64,000 nt of DNA from the human T2T-CHM13v2.0 reference genome, Homo sapiens: NCBI RefSeq assembly GCF_009914755.1, contig NC_060933.1; one strand, given 5' to 3'. Shown in pieces: positions 56,154 to 64,000 of this stretch; the first letter of the stretch is position 1, and every line of letters begins with the position of its first letter. A program made the translations under genes and the position numbers. The notes beneath the pieces were generated by a model. That model was not told the DNA's origin. It searched no databases and saw only the letters and a list, made by a program, of their open reading frames with translations.

Positions 56154-56442
56154 TTAAAGTGCCAGCGAGGGGGGCGAGGTGGCACTAGGGGGAAGACCCA
56201 CTTAGAATTCTATACTGGAGATACAGTCTTCAAAAGTGAAGGTGAAATAATATGAAATTTTTCAAATAAATAAAAATGGAAATAATTTGTTGTAAGCAGA
56301 CATGCACTAAAAGAAAATTAATCTTAAACCAAAACACAGAAATAGAGGAAGAAATGAAGAACAATGTAAAAGTAAATATAAGTGAATGTGACTAACTAAA
56401 ACATTAATAATGTGTAATTAGATTTAAAATATATGGAGTTCA

Positions 56443-56650
56443 GTTCAACAAACCCTAGGGCTTACTTTAGTGTGGAAGGTGGGAGAACAGAAAGGATCAG
56501 AAAAAAATAACTATTGGGAACTAGTCTTAGTACCCAGGCGAGGAAATAATCTGTAGAACAAACCCCCGTGACATGGGTTTACCTATGTAACAAACCTGCA
56601 TATGTATCGCTGAACCTAGAAGTTTAAAAAATACTACTAATAAAAAATAA
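56443..56650 (+). mobile_element. Old L1PA 3' end with an 18-bp TSD
   Basis: gaaataatctgtagaacaaacccccgtgaca...aacaaacctgcatatgta; TSD taaaatatatggagttca at 56425-56442 and 56651-56668. Confidence 0.85.
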
Positions 56651-58639
56651 TAAAATATATGGAGTTCAATTAAAATATATGACAATAACACAAAAGGTGA
56701 AAAGGTGAGTAGAACACATCTGAAGATCCTAGCATTGTCTGTGAAGAGGCAAGAAGAGTAATTTTTATTATACTCTAATAAACCAAATATCCATGTTATC
56801 ATCTCTAGAGTACCAGTAAAAGAACAGCAAAAGAGAATGGAACAAGCTTATAGAGAGACAAAATTGGAATAACAATAAAACTTTTTGAATTAATCTCAAA
56901 GAAGGTGAGAAAAAAACATAAAACAAGTGAAACCAATAGAAAACAAATACAGTAACTTACAAGCTCAGTTGTATTAGTAATTCATTAAATGGAAATGGAG
57001 TAAATACTCCAATTAAAAGACAAAGATGACTAACTGGATTATAAAATACAATTACCTGGTACATACAAGATTCCTATCTTAAATATAAAGAGAAAACTGG
57101 GACTAGAAGGATGGAAAAGATATTATGCAAAAACTAACCAACGAAAGCTAGGGCAACTACACCAATGTAAAACAAAGCTGGCTTTAAAGCAAGAAGCATT
57201 ACCAAAGAAGAGACATTTTATGATAAAGAGATCAATCCACCAGAATGACGTAATGAAGCAAAAGTTCTACACATCTACTATAATAATACATAAAGCAAAA
57301 ATTGACAGAACTTAAAAGGAAAAGTGGACACATTCGCAGTGATAGGGGAAACCTGAAAACATCTCTCTTAATACCTAATAGAACAAACAGATCCAAAAAC
57401 CATTACAATGTGAAAAATCTGAACCACAGATTTAAAAACTTGATCTTATCAGGAATATATGGAATCCTACAACCAGCAATTAAAGAATATACATTCTTCT
57501 CTAATATGAATATAACACTAAATATGTATTCTTCCTTATGCTGATATATTCTTATTTTGAAGTCTCAGACACTTATTGTGAGAGAAATAACTTTTTCTCC
57601 CAAGAGGCTACCAAAAATATAAATAGCCATAAACATATACAATCATCAAATTCCTTACATAGCTAAGTCTTCCAGACTAATAATCACTAATTTGATACCT
57701 ATCTACATCTCAATTATAAGGATCATTTACTTATGACAAGGCTCAAAGCTTTCATTATAATCAAATCTGGTCTGGGATCCCGAGGTGCTCACATCAGTCC
57801 CAAACTTATTTATCTGGATGATTTCAATCTCTCTATTTGTGGGTACAACAGCATTTCATCTACTCAGCACAAATACAAATGGAGCACTTTTAGTTATAAG
57901 CAACTACGATTTCCAAAGTACAAGAAGGTATGATATGATCTCCAATTACATGACTTATCTGCCCAGAAAAATCTCAGTAGTAATTACAGCGCTAAGAATT
58001 TTCTATGTAGTAGCAATAAATGATTCCCAGAAATGCAAACCAGACTCAAGTTATGTGTACCACAGCTATTAGAAAGGAAAATCTTTTTTCTTAATTTGCT
58101 TAATTAAATGGTAAATTATACATTAAAAATAAGGCACATTAATACCAGTAAACTTTACCACATAGCTAAGTATTAGACACTACTGTTAACATTTAGCCAA
58201 GAATTACCTATATTAATTTAATTTTCTCAGAAGACAGAGTTCCTATATATGTATAAACAAACAAATACTAGCTTCACATAAGGAAAATACAGATAACAGA
58301 GGTTAACATTTCATTCTAGTGTTTGCTAACGGTCTATAGCAACTATTATCTTTGTACTATTTTACCAATATCTACCACTCAGTCTCTCTCATAATGCTGG
58401 GGACAGGACTACAGACTTTAGCTGAAAAATAATATGATGGTAACTGGTCCACAGACTCATAGTGTTCCCTATACCTTATTCGAAAAATATCAAAACATAC
58501 CAAATTAGGTTTTTTAAAAATGTTAAAACAAAATATAACTAATGCTAAGTATTTTAAAGGCTTTCTTTGGCTTAAGTTATATTTATTAGTTGCATCAGGA
58601 ACAATTTCTCATCAAATTTTCTAATGTCCATGCTGTAGG

Positions 58640-58986
58640 TATGAAAAGGAATTAAGTAGTGACACATGCTACAATATGGATGAACCTCAAAAGCATGCTA
58701 AGTGAATGAAATCAGACACATGAAGGTCACATATTGTATGATTCCATTTCTATGAAATATCCAGAATAGGTGAATCCATACAGACAGAAAGGAGATCAGT
58801 GGTTGCCAGGGGCCAGGAGTGACTGCTTAATTGGTATGAGGGTCTCCTTTGGGGGTGATAAAAAGGTTTTGGAACAAGACAGGGTGATTGATGGCTGCAC
58901 ACCATTGTCAACATACTAAATGCCACTGAATTGTTTGCTTTAAAATGGTTAATTTTATGCTCTGTGAATTTCATCTCAATTAAAAA
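58640..58986 (+). mobile_element. L1MB-like 3' end
   Basis: catgctacaatatggatgaacctc...gtatgattccattt...ggttgccagggg...aatgccactgaattg. Confidence 0.85.
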
Positions 58987-59110
58987 CTAGATCCAAATAG
59001 TATTTTTGATTATATGTCAGTAATTAGGCTTCATTTAAACATGGGTATATTTTTAATTATGATAAAACATTGTGTAGATATTGCTATCTTTCAACTTCAC
59101 TTACCTATAA

Positions 59111-59405
59111 TTTTTTTTGAGCCAAGGTCTCATTCTGTTACCCAGGCTGGAGTACAATACAACGACATGATCTCGGCTCACTGCAACCTCCACTTCCTGG
59201 GCTCAAGCAATCCTCTCACCTCAGCCTCCCGAGTAGCTGGGACTACAGGCACCTGTCACCAGGCCAGGCTAATTTTTGTATTTTTTGTAGAGACAGGGTT
59301 TCACCACGTTGCCCAGGCTGGTCTCAAACTCCTAGACTCAAGACATCTGCCTGCCTTGGCCTCCCAAAGTGCTGGGATTACAGGCGTGAGCCACTGCACC
59401 TGGCC
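59111..59405 (-). mobile_element. AluJ-like
   Basis: Antisense Alu with ctgggctcaagcaatcct. Confidence 0.9.
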
Positions 59406-59996
59406 ATCCTATAGTATTTTAAACATGCTCAAGCTTCAAATACTTCATCCACAGACCTGATATCCTGAAATTTAGTCACCACTACAATATCCTAATAAAT
59501 AACTATTAAATGTTTCATCAGTCTCATTCTCAAATCATTTAAATGAAGGTCACTGAAACTGTTTAATAGTTCAGATAATAGATAAAATAAAAATGACTTT
59601 TGCTAAGCACAAAAATACTACATAGCTATTTGCTTTTATGAGTCCTACCAGTATTTCCAGCTTTGACCTGAAAGAGAAACACCTACCCCAGGAAAAATGT
59701 AGTGTTGCATCAGATGGAATTTTTATTATACAACACAAATGGGTAAAATTAAAATGACTTTTGTTTGGCAATTACCAATAAATGCCCTGGGAATATATAA
59801 CATAATGAATAGTCGACAGTGAGCATTATTGAAAAGAAAGTTCTATAACTTCTGGTAAACACAGAGGATCTAACAAAAGCATTTATTTCTGATCCCTTCT
59901 CAAATACTACTAAGATGACAGTAAAAAAAAAAAAAATCTTTTTTTTTTTTAAGGATAAATTCATAGGGAGAAAATAAATTCAAGAGGAGGTAACGA

Positions 59997-60576
59997 TGAG
60001 ACAGGAATAACACAGGGTGGTCACAGGAGAATAGAAAATTCCAGGCAGCAGTTTCACATGACCAGCAAAAAAGAAACTGCTGAAATGGCTGCAGAAACTA
60101 GGGACTGATAAGACCCTGAAAAACCAGGTTGACCAACTGGACCCAACATAGCACTGGAATTGACCTAGGTTTCACCTAGGACCTCATCATATGCTCATGA
60201 ACATACTAAGTCACACACCCACCAGTGTCATGACAGTTCCAGGAACACCCATATTTGGTGTAAAAGTGGGTAGCACAACAGTTCCGAGAAATCTCCACCT
60301 TTTCCCAGTTATCTTCACGAATATTCCACCTTTTGATTAAAGAAATCCATAAAGATAAAAATCCCAAACCCCACTGTGGGACTGTCTCGACTATGCCTGC
60401 AGTCCCCTTTCTTGAGTGTGTACTTTTGTTTTGCAATAAATCTCCGTATTTTCACTATTTTCTGACTCATCCTTCAATTCCTTGGCGTGATAGTGTCAAG
60501 AGCCTGGGGACACAGACACTGGCTGGGGTCAAGGTCCCACCAGCATTTGGAGACCCCCTCCAGCCCACCAGTATCA
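59997..60576 (+). mobile_element. ERV1 solo LTR, MER41 family (subfamily uncertain)
   Basis: TG...CA termini and AATAAA at 60435-60440. MER41-like cccaccagtgtcatgacagtt...cagttccgagaa...gaatattccacc. No clean 4-bp TSD seen. Confidence 0.7.
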
Positions 60577-61576
60577 AAAGCAAACAAGAGATAATAACAA
60601 AATGTTGGAAGATGGAGGCAGGTGGAAGCAGATGGATGAAACTAATGGTCTTGAGTTCCAACTTCCTTCACTTTGCTAAGTACCTATGGAAGGAAGGGAA
60701 ATCAAGGGAAAAAAAATGCTGATTTACATTACAAAGCCCTAGAAAAGTTCAGCAATTAGAGACACTGGTTATTTTTAACAAATGGGTTTTAGGGTGGAAT
60801 TGAAAACAAGAACCAGCTAAAAGATTTATAAAGAGGAGTTAGACCTTCAAATTCCCTTCTTCAGCCCATCTCCTATTTCACAAAGATGGGAAGTTGGCTT
60901 TCAAAAGATGCTTCAGAGAGGCTACTCACATAGGACCAAAAGGCAGAAGTAGCAGAAGTACAATCCAGAAAATGAGGGTGCAAGTGGGGAGCGCAAGTCA
61001 AAGTCTGCTCGAAAGTAAATCCTATTGAGCTTCCCAAATGCTGGCTTATGCCCCTAAGGCAATACTTCTCAACTTAAAAAAAAAATCCCCTAAGGAGTCT
61101 TTGTAGATAGATATTTTTCCTAACTCCCACCCCTTAATTAATTACATTAAGTATTAAAAAGATAAATTTAATGTCAGATAACACCCAGTTAAAGAAAGTT
61201 CAGATAACACCCAGTGAAAGAAAGAATAGGTGAATTAGAAGGTGGGTTAGAAAAAACATCCAGAAGAAAGCACAGAGAGACAAAAGGATAGAAATTTATT
61301 CATAAGAGAATAAAAGACACAGAGGATATAGTGAAAAGATCATACGCAAACATAAATGGAGTCCCAGAAGGAGAGATAATGAAGGCAGGAACAATGTTTG
61401 AAGAGAATATAGCTAAGAATTTCCCAAAACTGATAGAAGACATGAAGCTCCAAATTTAAGAAACTTTGGGAACCCCAAGCAAAATAAAAAGAAAATCATA
61501 TCTATGTAAAGCTCCTAAATATGAAAGACTAAGAGAAATTCATAAAAGCAACTTAGCCTTAAAAGAGACCATTTTC

Positions 61577-62008
<432 letters not shown>

Positions 62009-62320
62009 CTAGATTCTCCAGCCACTGAAAATATCCCTCAACAAGTAAAGGTGAAGAGATAGCAGTGTTCTTTGGGAAAAAGAAAAATGATCTCAGATAA
62101 AACCCAAAATGTAGGGAAAAAAATGAAGAGAAAAAAGAGCAGGGGGTGGAATGCGTGGTGAGAGCTAATGACTGCATTAAACAATAATATCTGTAAAGTT
62201 AAAAATACTCATAGTATCTGAAAGTATCTAACAACAGCAACAGATACGTTGAGGGGGGTTAAATGGACTTCAAATGTTATAAGAATCCTGTATTGTCCAA
62301 AAAAAAAGATAAAAGTACAA

Positions 62321-62580
62321 TTTTTTTTTTTTTTTTTGAGAAGGAGTCTTACTCTGTCACCCAAGCTGGAGTGCAGTGGCACAGTCTCGGCTCACTGCAA
62401 CTTCCGCCTCCCGGGTTCAAGCAGTTCTCTGCTTCAGCCTCCCGAGTAGCTAGGATTACAGGCACCTGCCACCACGCCCAGCTAATTTTCATATTTTTAG
62501 TAGAGATGGGGTTTCACCATCTTGGCCAGGATGCTCTTGAACTCCTCACCTCCTAATCCACCCACCTTGGCCTCCCAAAA
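62321..62580 (-). mobile_element. AluS, 5'-truncated
   Basis: Antisense Alu ending at cctcccaaa. Confidence 0.9.
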
Positions 62581-63284
62581 ATACACTTTTATATTAAGAG
62601 TTTGATAAAGTGAGACTGCATGAAGTAATGCCAAGTGTCCGTTAAAATCAGTTAAGAGAATAAAACCAATATAAATCTAAAATCAATCTAAAATCTACCA
62701 ATCTAAAAGAAAGCCAAAAAAAAAAAAATACAGGACAGATGGAACAAATAGAAAGCAAATAATAATCTGGTAGATTTAAACCTAAATATGTTAATAATTA
62801 CAATAAATGTAGGTGAACTAAATGCTCTGATAAAGAATAACTATATTCTGCTTAAAAGACATATTTAAATATAAAGACACAAAAGGCTAAAAACAAATAC
62901 TAAACAAAAAGATAGCTTACGCTTACATACATAGTAACACCAGCAGGGTTAAGATTCTGTCAAATTTGTAATATTAACTCACACACTCAGAAGTTTCAAG
63001 CTTTTCCAATTAAAATAATTTTATAGATTAGTAGTTTTAAGCTCTGTTTAATTTACATCTAATCTTTAAATCTCCATTGTTATTTATAAAACTAAATTTA
63101 TCTTTCACCAAAGCAATGGTGTAGAAACTAAATGGAACGACTGGCAACTTATTTTTCATAATTATCACAAATTCACTTTGAATAAGTCTCTTACCTTTTT
63201 CTTAGTTTATTTAAACAAAACTTAAATGTTATATGCAAAAAACCTGATGGTTCACAGTATTGTAAAGAGTAATTATATAATATC

Positions 63285-64000
63285 TGAAATTGGGCGAATA
63301 TTTACATCCCCCCTCCCATCCCAATTCATATGTTGAAATCCTAATTCCCAAGGTGATGGTATTAGGAGGCGGGCCTTTGGGAGGTGATCAGGTCACAACA
63401 GCAGAGCCCTCTTGAATGGGATTAGTGCCCTTATAAAAGAGACCCCATAAAGATCCCTCAACCCTTCTGCCATATGAGGTTACAGTGAGATGACCACTGT
63501 CTATCAAAGAACAAGGCCCTCCCCAGACACTGAATCTGCTGATGCCTTGATCTTGGACTTCCCTGTCTCCAGAACTGTAAGAAATAGATTTCTCCTGTTT
63601 ATAAGGTATCCAGTGTACGGTATTTTGTCACAGTAGCTCAAACAGACCAAGACAGAAACTGACACCAAGAACTGGGGGTGCTATTGTAACAAACATGTAA
63701 AAATGTGGCAGCAGTTTTGGAAGTGGGTAGTGAGTAAAAGCTGTAAGAGTATGGAGGTGCTTGCTACAAAAGGGATACATGGCTGTGAATGGCCCATAAA
63801 GAGCAATTCTGGTGAGGCTCAGAAAGAAAACAGGAAAGCTATAGAGAAAGCTTCAGACTTCTTAAAGAATACTTAATAATCCTGATAGAATGTTGGTAGA
63901 AATACGACAGTAAAGGCCATTCTGATGAGGTCTCAGATGAAAATGAGGATATTTGGCCAAGGAAATTTCTAAGCAAACTGTTGAAGGTATGGCTTGGCTT
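63285..64000 (+). mobile_element. MLT1A-like MaLR LTR (~63285-63655) followed by MaLR internal sequence
   Basis: The LTR ends ...aacagaccaagaca and is followed by gggtgctattgtaacaaa...aaaggccattctgatgaggtctcagatg, typical of MaLR internal sequence. Confidence 0.8.

Noticed and set aside
59923-59952. Poly(A) run followed by a poly(T) run (self-complementary)
   Set aside because: Low-complexity homopolymers; weak structure and common genome-wide.
63188-63290. Minus-strand donor AAG|GTAAGA at ~63194 (other isolated donors at ~52005 and ~53160)
   Set aside because: No convincing paired polypyrimidine tract or acceptor; expected by chance in a long intron.

Overview
Primate, very likely human, genomic DNA, rich in Alu, L1, L2/MIR, MaLR/ERV LTRs and DNA transposons. 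The only supported protein-coding sequence is a terminal exon on the minus strand (CDS 47773->47596, ...[19 protein letters not shown]...[11 protein letters not shown]). I recognise it from memory as the C-terminus of AGTPBP1 (cytosolic carboxypeptidase 1/CCP1/Nna1, a tubulin deglutamylase). Its 3' UTR ends near 47.03 kb, and 47774-64000 is part of its last intron. Positions 1-47000 are intergenic and contain an orphan CpG island (~23.1-23.56 kb) next to a Z-DNA-prone tract. I see no evidence for a new multi-gene system. The best leads are: a well-formed candidate 102-nt poison/alternative exon in the last intron (49589->49488); a MER41-family LTR with two intact GAS motifs; a CCAAT-box array with 21-bp periodicity near a duplicated AP-1 site; a ~124-bp inverted-repeat hairpin; and an inverted Alu pair just past the poly(A) site. 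Repeat family names and most repeat boundaries were assigned by eye and are approximate.
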